A DNA stretch of 64,000 nt from assembly GCA_025057135.1 (NCBI GenBank), contig JANWXY010000057.1, positions 15,136 through 79,135 of the forward strand, written 5' to 3'. This DNA is from Bacteroidia bacterium (lineage in GTDB: Bacteria > Bacteroidota > Bacteroidia > SpSt-205). Shown in pieces: positions 34,839 through 46,176 of the stretch (position 1 is its first letter; the number at the start of each line of letters is the position of its first letter). Position numbers and translations under genes: made by a program. Under the pieces are notes generated by a model, which did no database searches, was not told the DNA's origin, and was given only the letters and a program-made list of their open reading frames with translations.

Positions 34839-37800
34839 ATGAAACAAGAGCGTATTCGCTTTTCTAAGCACGAAGCTATCGTACCTGTACCAGATCTCCT
34901 GTCCATTCAGCTGGACTCATTCAAGAAGTTCGTAGACCTCTCTACCCCTCCTGAAAAGCAGGAGTCCGAAGGGCTATATAAAGCCTTCAAGGAACACTTT
35001 CCTGTCCGTGATAGTCGGGAGGAGTATGAGATGGACTTTGCGGGCTATCTATTAGAGCCCCCGCGTTACACACCTGAGGAATGTAAAATCCGTGGCCTGA
35101 CCTACGGCGTCCAACTCAAAGTACGCTTTACCTTAGTGGCCCTCAAACCCGACAATACCGTCTTTACCCCAAAAGAAGAATGGGTATTTCTCGGCATCAT
35201 TCCATACATGACACCGCAAGGCACCTTCATCGTAAATGGCGTCGAGCGTGTCGTGATTAATCAGCTCCACCGCTCCCCTGGTATTCTATTCTCAGCGACT
35301 TCTCGCTCTGGAACCTCAGAGATGACCTACGGGGCACGAGTGATTCCTCAGAAGGGCACATGGATAGAATTTGCGACAGACTCCACAGGCTACACCCGAG
35401 TGTATTTTGATAGAAAGAAGTCTGTACCTGCCACATTACTCCTCAGAGCCATGGGGCTCAGCTCAGATGGAGATATTGTGAGCTACTTCAAGTTAGCTGA
35501 TGAGGTGAAGCTCAGTCAGATTCGCTCCGAGAAGCAATTCGCTCAATATATTGGGCGCAAACTCGCCACTCGCATCTCCACCATTGACCAACAGGAATAC
35601 ACAGACCCTGAAACAGGTGAAACCTCTCGAGTTTCACGCGTCAACACCGTCTTTGAAATAGGACATGTTCTCACAGCGGAAGACTGGGAACAGCTGCGCA
35701 AGCTGCCCTTGGTAGATACGATTTATCTTTTCAAACCCGAATACTTAGACCAAAAGCACGTCATTTTCGCCACGCTGGCTAAGGACCCGAGTCATTCTCT
35801 TTCCTCGGCGTGCGTGGAGATTTACAAACTCTTGCGCGGGATTGAGAACGCCTCGGATGAAGAAGCAGCGCGTGCTTTCGTAGAGAAACAGGTCCTCTCA
35901 GACAAGCGATATGACCTCGGCGTAGTAGGACGTTTTCAGATCAATCGTAAGCTATACGGAGAACAAATCTACACCGACTCCACCCTCCGACTTGAGGATG
36001 TAGCTGCAATCCTTCAGCATCTCCAACGCTTGCTTCAAGGCGAAGTAGAAGGGGACGAAGAAGACCACCTCAGCCATCGTCGTGTCCGCACCGTAGGTGA
36101 GCAAATCTATCTCCAAGTCTCCACAGGCCTTAGTCGGCTCGCCCGTACTATACGGGAAAAAATGAGCACCTATGAGTCAGAAAACTTTCAGCCATCTGAC
36201 ATTATCAGTCAGAGACCCTTTACTGGGGTTATCAATAGCTTCTTTTCTCAGGGGCAACTAAGTCAGCTCCTTGACCAAACCAACCCCCTTTCTGAGCTGG
36301 CTCACAAACGCCGAATCACCGCTCTCGGCCCAGGCGGGCTCTCACGAGAGCATGCAGGATTTGAAGCACGGGATGTGCATTATTCTCACTATGGGCGCAT
36401 ATGCCCCATAGAAACCCCAGAAGGCGCCAATATCGGTCTCATCAACTCCCTGGCTATCTATGCCCGGGTAAATGAGCTGGGCTTTTTAGAGACCCCCTAT
36501 CATCCCGTCAAAAACGGTACCCCCCTCTTAGAAGAGGTCGTGTATTTCTCCCCCGACAAAGAGGAGAAATATCCTATCGCTCCTTTACGCCCATTCCTGA
36601 ATGGACATACACCTTCCGAAATCCAAGTGCGGTACGAGGGAGAGTATCCCGAGATATCCGTAGAAAAAGTCGCCTACACAGACGTAGCTCCCGATCAACT
36701 TTTAGGGCTCTCCGCCAGCTTGATACCCTTCTTAGAGCACGATGACGCAAACCGTGCTCTCATGGGCTCTAACATGCAGCGCCAGGCTGTGCCTCTCCTC
36801 CACCCCGAAGCCCCTATTGTCGGAACTGGAATGGAAAAGCATGTCGCCAGAGACAGCCGAGTGCTGATTTACGCAGAATATCCGGGCGTAGTGGAATATG
36901 TGGATGCCAAGCAAATCCGCGTGCGCTATGAGCGCCCTCCCGAAGAAGAGCTCGTGAGTTTCTCATCGGATGTCGTCACCTATGAGATTCCCAAGTTCCG
37001 CCGAACTAATGAAAGCACATGCCTCAACCTTCGCCCCATCGTCCGCAAGGGACAACGCATAGAAAAAGGGCAGCCACTGGTAGAAGGATTCTCTATTCAA
37101 GATGGGGAGCTTGCTTTGGGTAAAAACCTTCTCGTGGCATTCATGCCTTGGCAAGGCTACAACTTCGAAGATGCCATAGTGATTTCCCAGCGGCTTGTGC
37201 AGGATGATGTGCTTACCAGCATCAACATTCAAGAGTTTGAGGTAGAAGTGCGAGAAACTAAGGCCGGACCCGAAGAGCTGACCCGGGAGCTGCCCAACGA
37301 AGGCGAAGACCGAGTAAAATTCTTGGATGAAAACGGCATTGTCGCTATCGGTACAGAGGTTCGAGAAGGGGATATTTTGGTCGGCAAAGTCACGCCGAAA
37401 GGGCAAAGTTCAGAATTGAGTCCCGAGGAAAAACTTTTGCGGCAGATATTCGGCGAGCGGAGCGCAGAGGTCAAAAGTACCTCCCTGGTCATGCCTCCCG
37501 CTTCCAGCGGTTATGTAATCGCCACCTACCTATATCGCAAAGACCGCCGAGCAGCCACTCCCGAAGAGCGCCGACAGAGAGAAAAAGAGATAGATGAACG
37601 CTTCAATCAACAGGTAAGCGCCCTGCGTCATCAGATGGTCCAGAAGCTCACCCGACTAATAGAAGGAAAAAAACTGGTGGAGGTTAAGGACAAGCTCGGA
37701 CGAGATGTCTTGCCTTCATCTAAAAAGCCCAGTGAAAAATGGCTACTCTCGCTCAAGTTTGAAGACCTGAATCCGACGGGGTGGACCACAGATCAACATA

Positions 37801-38642
37801 CGAATCTTTTGATTGAGCGGCTGTTTCAGAACTACATCGCTCTATACAGCCGTTATCAAGCCGATGCTCAGCGGGAGAAGCAGTATTTAGCTTCCGGAGA
37901 TGAGCTGCCCAACGGCGTACTCAAAATGGCCAAAGTATATGTCGCCTCCAAGCGGAAAATCAAAGTAGGCGACAAAATGGCTGGACGCCACGGTAATAAG
38001 GGAGTCATAGCTAAGGTCGCTCCAATAGAAGACATGCCGTATTTGGAGGACGGAACCCCCGTGGATATCGTATTGAACCCATTAGGCGTGCCCTCACGAA
38101 TGAATATCGGACAGATTTATGAAGCTATTTTAGGCTGGGCAGGTCAGAAACTTGGAGTAAAGTTCGAGGTACCTCCCTTCGCCGGGGCCAGCTATGAAGA
38201 AGTAAACAGCTGGCTTGAGAAAGCAGGGCTCCCAAGAGACGGGCGAGTCTATCTGTACGACGGACAGACAGGTGAAAGGTTTGACCAGCCAGCCACAGTG
38301 GGTGTCATCTACATGCTCAAGCTGGACCACATGGTCGATGATAAAATGCATGCGCGCTCCGTCGGTCCGTATGGCGTGGTCACCTCACAGCCTCTGGGAG
38401 GACGCTCTCATTTTGGTGGGCAGCGCTTCGGTGAAATGGAAGTCTGGGCTCTGGAAGCTTTCGGTGCAGCTACGCTGCTTCAAGAAATGCTGACTATCAA
38501 GTCCGATGATATAGAAGGGCGCATGAAGGCCCACGAAGCTATCATCAAAGGTGAAAATATCACCTACTTCGGTGTGCCAGACTCCTTCCAAGTTCTCGTG
38601 AATGAACTAAGGGGTCTGGGCTTAGATGTAAAGTTTGACTAA
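34839..38642 (+). CDS. rpoB: DNA-directed RNA polymerase subunit beta
   Basis: 1267 aa, collinear with bacterial RpoB (e.g. 'RPFTGVINSFFSQGQLSQLLDQTNPLSELAHKRRITALGPGGL'). Confidence 0.97.
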   Translation: MKQERIRFSKHEAIVPVPDLLSIQLDSFKKFVDLSTPPEKQESEGLYKAFKEHFPVRDSREEYEMDFAGYLLEPPRYTPEECKIRGLTYGVQLKVRFTLVALKPDNTVFTPKEEWVFLGIIPYMTPQGTFIVNGVERVVINQLHRSPGILFSATSRSGTSEMTYGARVIPQKGTWIEFATDSTGYTRVYFDRKKSVPATLLLRAMGLSSDGDIVSYFKLADEVKLSQIRSEKQFAQYIGRKLATRISTIDQQEYTDPETGETSRVSRVNTVFEIGHVLTAEDWEQLRKLPLVDTIYLFKPEYLDQKHVIFATLAKDPSHSLSSACVEIYKLLRGIENASDEEAARAFVEKQVLSDKRYDLGVVGRFQINRKLYGEQIYTDSTLRLEDVAAILQHLQRLLQGEVEGDEEDHLSHRRVRTVGEQIYLQVSTGLSRLARTIREKMSTYESENFQPSDIISQRPFTGVINSFFSQGQLSQLLDQTNPLSELAHKRRITALGPGGLSREHAGFEARDVHYSHYGRICPIETPEGANIGLINSLAIYARVNELGFLETPYHPVKNGTPLLEEVVYFSPDKEEKYPIAPLRPFLNGHTPSEIQVRYEGEYPEISVEKVAYTDVAPDQLLGLSASLIPFLEHDDANRALMGSNMQRQAVPLLHPEAPIVGTGMEKHVARDSRVLIYAEYPGVVEYVDAKQIRVRYERPPEEELVSFSSDVVTYEIPKFRRTNESTCLNLRPIVRKGQRIEKGQPLVEGFSIQDGELALGKNLLVAFMPWQGYNFEDAIVISQRLVQDDVLTSINIQEFEVEVRETKAGPEELTRELPNEGEDRVKFLDENGIVAIGTEVREGDILVGKVTPKGQSSELSPEEKLLRQIFGERSAEVKSTSLVMPPASSGYVIATYLYRKDRRAATPEERRQREKEIDERFNQQVSALRHQMVQKLTRLIEGKKLVEVKDKLGRDVLPSSKKPSEKWLLSLKFEDLNPTGWTTDQHTNLLIERLFQNYIALYSRYQADAQREKQYLASGDELPNGVLKMAKVYVASKRKIKVGDKMAGRHGNKGVIAKVAPIEDMPYLEDGTPVDIVLNPLGVPSRMNIGQIYEAILGWAGQKLGVKFEVPPFAGASYEEVNSWLEKAGLPRDGRVYLYDGQTGERFDQPATVGVIYMLKLDHMVDDKMHARSVGPYGVVTSQPLGGRSHFGGQRFGEMEVWALEAFGAATLLQEMLTIKSDDIEGRMKAHEAIIKGENITYFGVPDSFQVLVNELRGLGLDVKFD

Positions 38643-38656
38643 TCTGCAACTAACCT

Positions 38657-41600
38657 ATGGAACAGACGAAAAGCCAACTTGCCTCTCGGTTATCCGTAGT
38701 AACGATACCCGTACCGATCCGTCGGGTAACTCTCGCATTAGCCTCTCCGAACCGCATCTTAGAATGGAGTCGCGGCGAAGTGGTTCGGGCGGAAACCATA
38801 GACTACCGGACGCATAAACCTGAAATGGGCGGGTTGTTTTGCGAGCGCATCTTCGGACCCGTGAAAGATTACGAATGCGCTTGCGGCAAATATAAAGGCG
38901 CTCGGTACAAAGGGATTCGCTGTGACCGCTGCGGCGTAGAAGTAATTGAGAAAAAGTGGAGACGCGTCCGCATGGGCCACATAGCCTTACAAGAGCCAGT
39001 GGTGCATCCATGGTATTTCCGCCACAATCCCCCCAAACTCGGCGCCCTCCTCAACTACAACTCTAAGCGACTGGAACAGGTAGTTTATTACGACCGTTAT
39101 GTCGTCATAGAGGTCGGCGATGCAGTCCATGTTCTCAGGCAAGTCCGCCGAAGCAAGGAAGCTCGGGACCCGAAATCCTTGGAGCCAGGGGACCTGCTCA
39201 CCGCCGAGGAGTATCAAGATTTCATGCGCCATCTGCGCAATCTTGCTAAGGAAAATCCTAACATTCGTCCGGAGTCTTTCGTCGTGAAAATGGGGGCGCA
39301 AGCCTTAGATATCCTCCTAAGCCGACTGGACTTAGACAAGTTAGCCATAGAACTGCGTGCCCAGCTGGCTAATGAAATCTCCATTCAGCGACGAAGCGAC
39401 ATTCTACGCCGTCTCAAAATCGTTGAGGAGTTTCGCTCAGCCAATCGCCGAGTAGAAAACCGCCCTGAATGGATGATTCTGCGGGTAATTCCTGTGGTGC
39501 CCCCAGAGCTGCGTCCGCTGATACCTCTCCCCGGAGGACGATTTACTGCCGCTGACTTGAATGACCTATACCGCAGGCTCATTCAGCGCAACAACCGCCT
39601 CAAGCGCATGATGGAAAACCGCACCCCCGAAATCCTCCTGAATAACGAGCGGCGAATGCTCCAAGAATCCGTAGATGCCCTTTTAGACAGCGCCCGCAAA
39701 CGAAATCAGACCAGAGCATCCGCAGAAAGCGCCTCCGGACGCATTTTGCGTTCTCTCAGTGAAAACATCAAAGGAAAACAAGGACGCTTCCGCCAAAATC
39801 TCCTCGGCAAGCGCGTGGATTATTCTGGACGCTCCGTAATCGTCGTCGGTCCCCACTTGAAACTCCACGAGTGTGGGCTGCCCAAGGACATGGCCGTAGA
39901 ACTCTTCAAGCCATTCATCATCAGAGACCTACTCGCCCAGCGCATAGCCCGCACTGAAAAAAGCGGTCGCCGCCTTGTAGAGCGAAAAGACCCCCGCATT
40001 TGGCCCATTTTGGAAAACGTTCTGCGAGGGCACCCCGTTTTGCTGAACCGAGCCCCTACCCTGCACAGACTCGGGATCCAGGCATTTCAGCCGCGTCTCG
40101 TAGAAGGAAAAGCGATTCAGCTACACCCCCTCGTTTGCACCGGATATAATGCAGACTTTGATGGAGACCAAATGGCCGTCCACGTCCCGCTCAGTCAAGC
40201 AGCTATCGCAGAAGCGCAAATCCTCCTTTTATCCAGCCATAATATTCTCCATCCCGCCAATGGGGCTCCTATAGCTGTGCCCTCACAAGACATGGTCTTG
40301 GGACTGTATTACATCACAAAACTCCGTCGCGGCGCTAAGGGCGAAAGAGCGACTTTTGCTGACACCACAGACGCCTTGCAGGCTTATCACGCTGGGCAAA
40401 TAGACATGCATGCCATCATCACCGTGCGCATCCCTGCCGATAAAGATGTATGGGTGCTCGGTGATGAGCCCGAAGACAAATATCAAGAAGTGGTAGGGAA
40501 ATGGAAACGCATAACCACCACAGCTGGTCGGGTCATTTTTAATCAGACCCTCCCCCCCGAAATGCCATATGTGAATGGTCTCCTCACGAAGGGCGCCATA
40601 CGCGATGTGATTATGGAAGTTTTCCGCCGAACCGACCATCGCCGAACCGCAGAGTTCCTGGATAAAATCAAAGAGTTAGGCTTCAGCTCTGCCTTCAAAG
40701 GTGGGCTATCCTTTACCCTACACGATGTGATAGTCCCCTCCAATAGAGAAAGGTTGATTCAAGAGGCTTTTGAAAAGAGGGAAGAGATTCGGCAGGAGTA
40801 TAGCATGGGGCTCATTAGCGATGGCGAGCGCTACAATAAGATAATAGACCTCTGGACGCGGACTTCTAACGAGATTACGGATCAACTCATCCGAGAACTC
40901 AAAGGACATGAGGGCGGCTTCAATCCGATTTATATGATGATGCATTCAGGAGCTCGTGGCTCGCGGGAGCAGGTACGTCAGCTCTGCGCCCTTCGTGGTC
41001 TCATGAACAAGCCTCAGCGCCGCCTTGGAGCCCGTGAAATCATAGAGACCCCAATCCTCTCCAGCCTGAGAGAAGGATTAAATGTGATTGAATACTTCAT
41101 CTCTACTCACGGCGCCAGAAAAGGGCTGGCTGACACTGCACTGAAAACCGCAGATGCCGGCTATCTCACCCGTAAGCTCGTAGATGTAGCTCAGGATGTC
41201 GTCATCACCGAGCATGACTGCGGCACTCTACGCGGCCTTCGTATAACTGCCCTCTACGATGAAAATGAAGAGCTCATAGAATCCCTCTCATCTCGCATTG
41301 CAGGACGCTTCTCTCTGAACGACATATATCATCCGCTCACAGGCGAAAAGCTCTGTGGAGCCGCCGAAGAAATCACCGACGAAATAGCCAAGGCAATAGA
41401 GAAAGCCGGCATTGAAGCGGTAGATGTCCGATCGCCTTTGACTTGCGAAGCTGAACGCGGCATATGTCAGAAGTGCTACGGACGACATTTAGCTATCGGA
41501 CGTTTAGTAGAAATCGGAGAAGCTGTCGGCATTATCGCTGCCCAATCTATCGGGGAGCCAGGCACTCAGCTCACTCTCCGGACCTTCCACACTGGTGGTG

Positions 41601-43123
41601 CCGCCCAGCGTATCGCCGGTCAAAGTGCCCTGAAAGCTAAATACGACGGAGTTATAGAGTTCAGCGATGACCTTCGTACCGTAGAGCGCATTTATCGTGG
41701 AGAAAAAGAAGTCGTCATTTTGAGCCGTACATCAGAAGTATTCATACGGCATCCCCAAACTGGTCAAATAATCTGGCGGGCAGACCTGCCATATGCTTCT
41801 GTATTGCGCGTCGCCGCAGGCGAAATCGTCTCTAAAGGACAGGAAATCTGTTCCTGGGACCCATACGCACGACACATCCTCAGCAGCGAGGGGGGCACCA
41901 TTCGCTGGCAGAACCTTGTAGAAGGCAAAACTTACAAGAAAGAGCACATTGAAGAGTCTCAGCAGGATGAATACATCGTCACAGAATCGGCGGATCGCTT
42001 CCTCACGCCCACGATTGAGGTATTGAACCCCTACGGCGAACCGATAGAAGCATTCACCCTCCCCGTAGGAGCCCGTCTGATGGTGAAGGACGGCGAGAAT
42101 GTAGCGGCAGGTACAATCTTAGCTCGAACCCCCGTTCAAGCCGCTAAAACAGCAGATATCACTGGTGGATTGCCGAGGGTTACTGAACTCTTTGAGGCTC
42201 GTTCTCCGAATGGAGCAGCCGTCCTGGCAGAAATAGATGGCATTGTCCGAATGCGAAGCCGACGCCGCTCCACCCGTCAAGAGATAGATATTGTCTCAGC
42301 TGACGGGAAGGTAACGGTCAGTCACCAGGTCCCGACAGCTCGCCTCTTGCTCGTCCAGGACGGGGATAAAGTGCGAGCTGGGCAGCCTCTCTGTGACGGT
42401 CCGATTAGTCCTCACGACATTCTGCGTATATTGGGAGTCTCTGCCGTCGCTGAGTATCTCCTACGCAGCATCCAACTCATTTATGCGCCACAAGCTGTGC
42501 GGATTAGTACAAAGCATTTAGAAATCATCCTCCGCCAAATGCTCCAAAAAGTGGAAATCGTAGAACCCGGCGACACCATCTTTTTACCCGAGGAGGTAAT
42601 CGACAAATCCGAGTACTTCCAAGAAAATGCTCTACTCAGTGGTAAATACATCGTCACTGATCCAGGAGACTCGGTAGAGGTCCAAGTGGGGGCATTGATT
42701 ACTCAGACCCAGTTAGAGGAAATGAACGAAACACTGCGTACCCAAGGGCGACAAGAGATACAAGCCCGTCCAGCGCGTCCAGCCATCGCCCAACCCAAGC
42801 TCCTCGGCATATCCAAAGCGGCAGCCACTACCCGAAGCTGGCTATCAGCGGCTTCATTCCAGGAGACAATCCGCGTCTTGATAGATGCTGCCGTTACCGC
42901 TCGGACAGATGAACTCGTCGGACTGAAAGAAAACGTAATCACAGGGCAAAAGATACCCGCAGGCACAGGCTACATAGAACGGCTCCGAGAGCAGACAGAA
43001 TATAAACTTCCTGTTCCCGAACTCTTGGAACCGGTCAGCGTACAAAAAGCCGAGCCCAAGCCCACCAAAACTAAAGCCACCACTACCCGAAGAAAGAAAG
43101 AAAAAGGCACCGCTAGTAAGTGA
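38657..43123 (+). CDS. rpoC: DNA-directed RNA polymerase subunit beta'
   Basis: 1488 aa. Zn-binding '[19 protein letters not shown]', catalytic '[12 protein letters not shown]' and trigger-loop regions are present. The exact start is uncertain by a few codons. Confidence 0.97.
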   Translation: MEQTKSQLASRLSVVTIPVPIRRVTLALASPNRILEWSRGEVVRAETIDYRTHKPEMGGLFCERIFGPVKDYECACGKYKGARYKGIRCDRCGVEVIEKKWRRVRMGHIALQEPVVHPWYFRHNPPKLGALLNYNSKRLEQVVYYDRYVVIEVGDAVHVLRQVRRSKEARDPKSLEPGDLLTAEEYQDFMRHLRNLAKENPNIRPESFVVKMGAQALDILLSRLDLDKLAIELRAQLANEISIQRRSDILRRLKIVEEFRSANRRVENRPEWMILRVIPVVPPELRPLIPLPGGRFTAADLNDLYRRLIQRNNRLKRMMENRTPEILLNNERRMLQESVDALLDSARKRNQTRASAESASGRILRSLSENIKGKQGRFRQNLLGKRVDYSGRSVIVVGPHLKLHECGLPKDMAVELFKPFIIRDLLAQRIARTEKSGRRLVERKDPRIWPILENVLRGHPVLLNRAPTLHRLGIQAFQPRLVEGKAIQLHPLVCTGYNADFDGDQMAVHVPLSQAAIAEAQILLLSSHNILHPANGAPIAVPSQDMVLGLYYITKLRRGAKGERATFADTTDALQAYHAGQIDMHAIITVRIPADKDVWVLGDEPEDKYQEVVGKWKRITTTAGRVIFNQTLPPEMPYVNGLLTKGAIRDVIMEVFRRTDHRRTAEFLDKIKELGFSSAFKGGLSFTLHDVIVPSNRERLIQEAFEKREEIRQEYSMGLISDGERYNKIIDLWTRTSNEITDQLIRELKGHEGGFNPIYMMMHSGARGSREQVRQLCALRGLMNKPQRRLGAREIIETPILSSLREGLNVIEYFISTHGARKGLADTALKTADAGYLTRKLVDVAQDVVITEHDCGTLRGLRITALYDENEELIESLSSRIAGRFSLNDIYHPLTGEKLCGAAEEITDEIAKAIEKAGIEAVDVRSPLTCEAERGICQKCYGRHLAIGRLVEIGEAVGIIAAQSIGEPGTQLTLRTFHTGGAAQRIAGQSALKAKYDGVIEFSDDLRTVERIYRGEKEVVILSRTSEVFIRHPQTGQIIWRADLPYASVLRVAAGEIVSKGQEICSWDPYARHILSSEGGTIRWQNLVEGKTYKKEHIEESQQDEYIVTESADRFLTPTIEVLNPYGEPIEAFTLPVGARLMVKDGENVAAGTILARTPVQAAKTADITGGLPRVTELFEARSPNGAAVLAEIDGIVRMRSRRRSTRQEIDIVSADGKVTVSHQVPTARLLLVQDGDKVRAGQPLCDGPISPHDILRILGVSAVAEYLLRSIQLIYAPQAVRISTKHLEIILRQMLQKVEIVEPGDTIFLPEEVIDKSEYFQENALLSGKYIVTDPGDSVEVQVGALITQTQLEEMNETLRTQGRQEIQARPARPAIAQPKLLGISKAAATTRSWLSAASFQETIRVLIDAAVTARTDELVGLKENVITGQKIPAGTGYIERLREQTEYKLPVPELLEPVSVQKAEPKPTKTKATTTRRKKEKGTASK

Positions 43124-43899
43124 CTACTCTGAAAGAGGTCATTCAAGCATTAGAAGAGTGGGCTCCCCCACAGTGGGCTGAGTCATATGATACAGTTGGA
43201 CTGCTGTGGGGAGAGCTCACTCGGCCTGTGTCAGGTATCCTCACCACCCTGGACATTACCCACGACACCATTCAGGAGGCCCAAGCCATAGGCGCCAATC
43301 TCATCATTTCACACCATCCCATCTGGTTTGGACAGAAGCAACGCCTTTCGTGGGACAACTTCGCAGATAGAGTGATTTATGGGCTCATTCGGGCAGATAT
43401 AGCTGTCTATGCCATGCACACCAACTTAGACCATGCAAAAGATGGTGTCAGCTACATATTATGCCGAACCTTAGGATTGGAGCCGATTGCTTTCCTTCGT
43501 TCCCATGATACCTACGGAGCGGGCTATGTGGGGATCGGCTCAACTGAACTGCCAATAGAAAGTTTTCTCCGCCATGTACAAAGCACTCTGAAAGTCCCGA
43601 GTTTGCGATACAGCAGAGGAAAGCAGGTTACTATACGAAAAGTCGCTGTGTGTGGAGGAGCTGGAAGCTTTCTTTTGCCAGAAGCTATCCGGGCAGAGGC
43701 GGATGCCTTTTTGACCGCAGACATTCCCTACCATCGTTTCTTTGAAGCCCAGGGGCATTTATGGCTCATAGATATTGGACATTATGAGTCCGAAGTCTGG
43801 ATAGCAGACCAGATAGCGCACTATCTGCGCAGACGCTTTCCTAACCTATCTACCTTTTCTACCCGCATCCATACCAATCCAATTGAATACTGGATATGA
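43120..43899 (+). CDS. Nif3-like dinuclear metal centre protein (YqfO/GTP cyclohydrolase 1 type 2 homologue)
   Basis: 259 aa. N-terminal 'WAPPQWAESYDTVGL' and 'ISHHPIWF'. It overlaps the rpoC stop with an ATGA junction. Confidence 0.75.
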   Translation: MTTLKEVIQALEEWAPPQWAESYDTVGLLWGELTRPVSGILTTLDITHDTIQEAQAIGANLIISHHPIWFGQKQRLSWDNFADRVIYGLIRADIAVYAMHTNLDHAKDGVSYILCRTLGLEPIAFLRSHDTYGAGYVGIGSTELPIESFLRHVQSTLKVPSLRYSRGKQVTIRKVAVCGGAGSFLLPEAIRAEADAFLTADIPYHRFFEAQGHLWLIDIGHYESEVWIADQIAHYLRRRFPNLSTFSTRIHTNPIEYWI

Positions 43900-44687
43900 C
43901 GACGACAGATACCACTCAAATCCGTGAACGGCTCGTAGAGCTGATACAGTTACAAGTATTATACGACAGGCTCAACGCCGTAAGGTCTCGGCAAGGAGAC
44001 TTGCCCCAACAAATAGATGACCTGAAAGACAAAATAAGCACCGTCCAGCACACACTTTCTGAGCTCTCAGAGCAGATTCGGCAGATTGAGAGTGAAATCA
44101 GGTCCCTTCACGTAAGCAATGATAGTCTGCGTGACCATGAACAAAAACTCAGGAAAAAACTGGAAGCTGTCCGCACAAATCAGGAGTACTTTGAGATTGA
44201 GACGGAGATAAAGGAGACCCGTTTGACCATAGAGAAAAACCTCCAAGATATCCGCCGCCTCCAGCATAGAGCCGATGCTCTGCGCCAGAAACATGCCGAA
44301 GATGAAACCCATCTGAACGAGCTTCATGAGCGGGTAGCGGAAAAAGAAAAGCGATTGGAGATCATCAAGCTACACACCACTGAACAAGAGGTCTATTTGC
44401 TTGAAAAAATAGAAGCCCTGAGTCAAGAGCTGCGAAAACACGATGCGCGCCTATTTCAACTATTTGAGCGACGCAGACGCTCCTTACGGGGAGGTAAAGC
44501 GGCGGTTCCCGTCATCCCTATCGAACGACAAGAGGGACGCTATGCTTGTAGCGGGTGCTATACCCTCCTCCCTCGCCAGCTCCACTTGGAGATCCTCCAA
44601 CGAAATAAAATTATCATCTGTGAAAGCTGCGGGCGTTTTCTCATAGATGAGGAGTTTTACACTGAGGTGGCTAAGTCTATTCCTTAG
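43896..44687 (+). CDS. zinc-ribbon / coiled-coil protein (COG1579 family, usual Nif3 neighbour)
   Basis: 263 aa, largely coiled-coil. C-terminal C4 zinc ribbon 'CSGCYTLLP...ICESCGRFL'. A 4-nt overlap couples it to nif3. Confidence 0.7.
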   Translation: MTTTDTTQIRERLVELIQLQVLYDRLNAVRSRQGDLPQQIDDLKDKISTVQHTLSELSEQIRQIESEIRSLHVSNDSLRDHEQKLRKKLEAVRTNQEYFEIETEIKETRLTIEKNLQDIRRLQHRADALRQKHAEDETHLNELHERVAEKEKRLEIIKLHTTEQEVYLLEKIEALSQELRKHDARLFQLFERRRRSLRGGKAAVPVIPIERQEGRYACSGCYTLLPRQLHLEILQRNKIIICESCGRFLIDEEFYTEVAKSIP

Positions 44688-46113
44688 TCTCGCTTGGCCA
44701 CAGAGAGCCTCCTTTTTATATGCCCTATGGGATTTAGACTTTGAGACTGCGGAAAAAGAAGTCACCGGCGAATGGAACGGCTCCTACATTGCATGGGATC
44801 AGCACCGCATAGCCTTTTTCAAAGCACTCTTTCCGATTCATCCTTCTGAGCGTGAGGCTTTCTGGGAGAAAACTAATCTAAGTGAAAGGCTATTTGAACG
44901 GCAAATCGCACCAGCCCTGCCAGAGCTGGTCGCTGACATGTATGCGCAGCGGGCGATTATTCATGTTTTGGAAAGAAACTGGTTATCCGCTGGTTATTCG
45001 GCATGGAAAAGTTGGCGGCTCCTCCAAAAAGGCCTGAAGACAGACCCTCTAACCCATCAGTGGCTCGGTCTATGGCAAATCATTTTCGCTACTTTACCTC
45101 CGCCATATAGCGACTGGCTCCCCGGTTCTCCCGAGAGTAGGTGGCAGCAAGCTCTCAACTCCATGCGCATGGCTAGTGCTGCTGAGAGCTACACAGTATG
45201 GGAATCCAGTTTGCTTTACTTTTATGTTTTGCGAAACTTAGATACCCTGGCTTCGGCATGGTTAGATACTCACGAACGGACACTCTTTCTCCGAAAACCA
45301 CCACCCTACCTATGGCGATTTTCCATCGCTCTCCACGCAATAGAGGAAGGACAGCTTACCAAAGCAGAGACTATCCTGAAAAACCTCACCCAGCAGCCTC
45401 AGATCAGCCGATTCCCTTATCCATACTACTGGCTGGGGAAGCTCTACCTATATCAGGGTAAATGGGATGCCGCTCTGACGGCATGGAATGCTTTTATGGA
45501 GATTCAAACGCAACCTTTTGGTCGCGCAGCACAGTATGCATGGACCGGGTACGTCTTGTGGGCAAAAGGAGATTCACTGCATGCCCAAGCCTACTGGCAA
45601 CGGGCAATCAACTTAGAGGGACTGCTCTGGGAGGAGGACCTTTTAGCGCAGAGTTTAGCTCGGCAGTGGACTGCGCACCCACCTGACCCCATAGAACGCA
45701 CTCTGTGGGCCGCTAAGTGGCTGCTCCACGCCCGAGAGTACCAGGCCGCTTTGGATACCTTAGAACCTCTCCGAGTTCGCATAACTCAACTAACCAGTGA
45801 CCAACGAACGGCATTGTATTACACCTATGGAAGGCTCTACCACCGCTCCAATCGCGATGAGCCCGCACGCTTCGCCTATTATCAGGCGACCCGCCAAGTC
45901 GCTCGACAGAACCGATGGATGCAGGCGTACGCCGCTCTTTATTTAGCTCAGCTGTACGAGCGCATAGCAGATTGGCACAATGCTCGCCTCTATTACAAAG
46001 AAGCCGAAAAAATAGCCATAGAAACAGGCCGTACAGGGGTGGTCCAAAAAGCTCGGGGAGGCTTCGCTCGGACAAAAGATAAACGCTATCCCGTACCCGG
46101 CGAGAAGTATTAG
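44647..46113 (+). CDS. tetratricopeptide (TPR)-repeat protein
   Basis: 488 aa. N-terminal signal-like segment 'LSLFLSLAWPQ'. Multiple W/Y-rich TPR-like helical repeats (e.g. 'ALYLAQLYERIADWHNARLYYKEAEKIA'). Confidence 0.55.
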   Translation: MRSFTLRWLSLFLSLAWPQRASFLYALWDLDFETAEKEVTGEWNGSYIAWDQHRIAFFKALFPIHPSEREAFWEKTNLSERLFERQIAPALPELVADMYAQRAIIHVLERNWLSAGYSAWKSWRLLQKGLKTDPLTHQWLGLWQIIFATLPPPYSDWLPGSPESRWQQALNSMRMASAAESYTVWESSLLYFYVLRNLDTLASAWLDTHERTLFLRKPPPYLWRFSIALHAIEEGQLTKAETILKNLTQQPQISRFPYPYYWLGKLYLYQGKWDAALTAWNAFMEIQTQPFGRAAQYAWTGYVLWAKGDSLHAQAYWQRAINLEGLLWEEDLLAQSLARQWTAHPPDPIERTLWAAKWLLHAREYQAALDTLEPLRVRITQLTSDQRTALYYTYGRLYHRSNRDEPARFAYYQATRQVARQNRWMQAYAALYLAQLYERIADWHNARLYYKEAEKIAIETGRTGVVQKARGGFARTKDKRYPVPGEKY

Positions 46114-46176
46114 CCAGAAAAAACTCCTAATACCACAGACGGAGGCTTTATCTGCATAACTTGCTGCCAGCTAATC

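Noticed and set aside
36963-37406. 147-aa antisense ORF within rpoB (and several 60-118 aa ORFs antisense in rpoC, 38655-41947)
   Set aside because: They lie inside essential, collinear RNAP genes. Composition is consistent with chance open frames.
46114-46176. Possible promoter 'TAACTTGC' upstream of the SOD gene
   Set aside because: It matches TAnnTTG but lacks the full TTTG of the -7 consensus, and no -33 element is at correct spacing.
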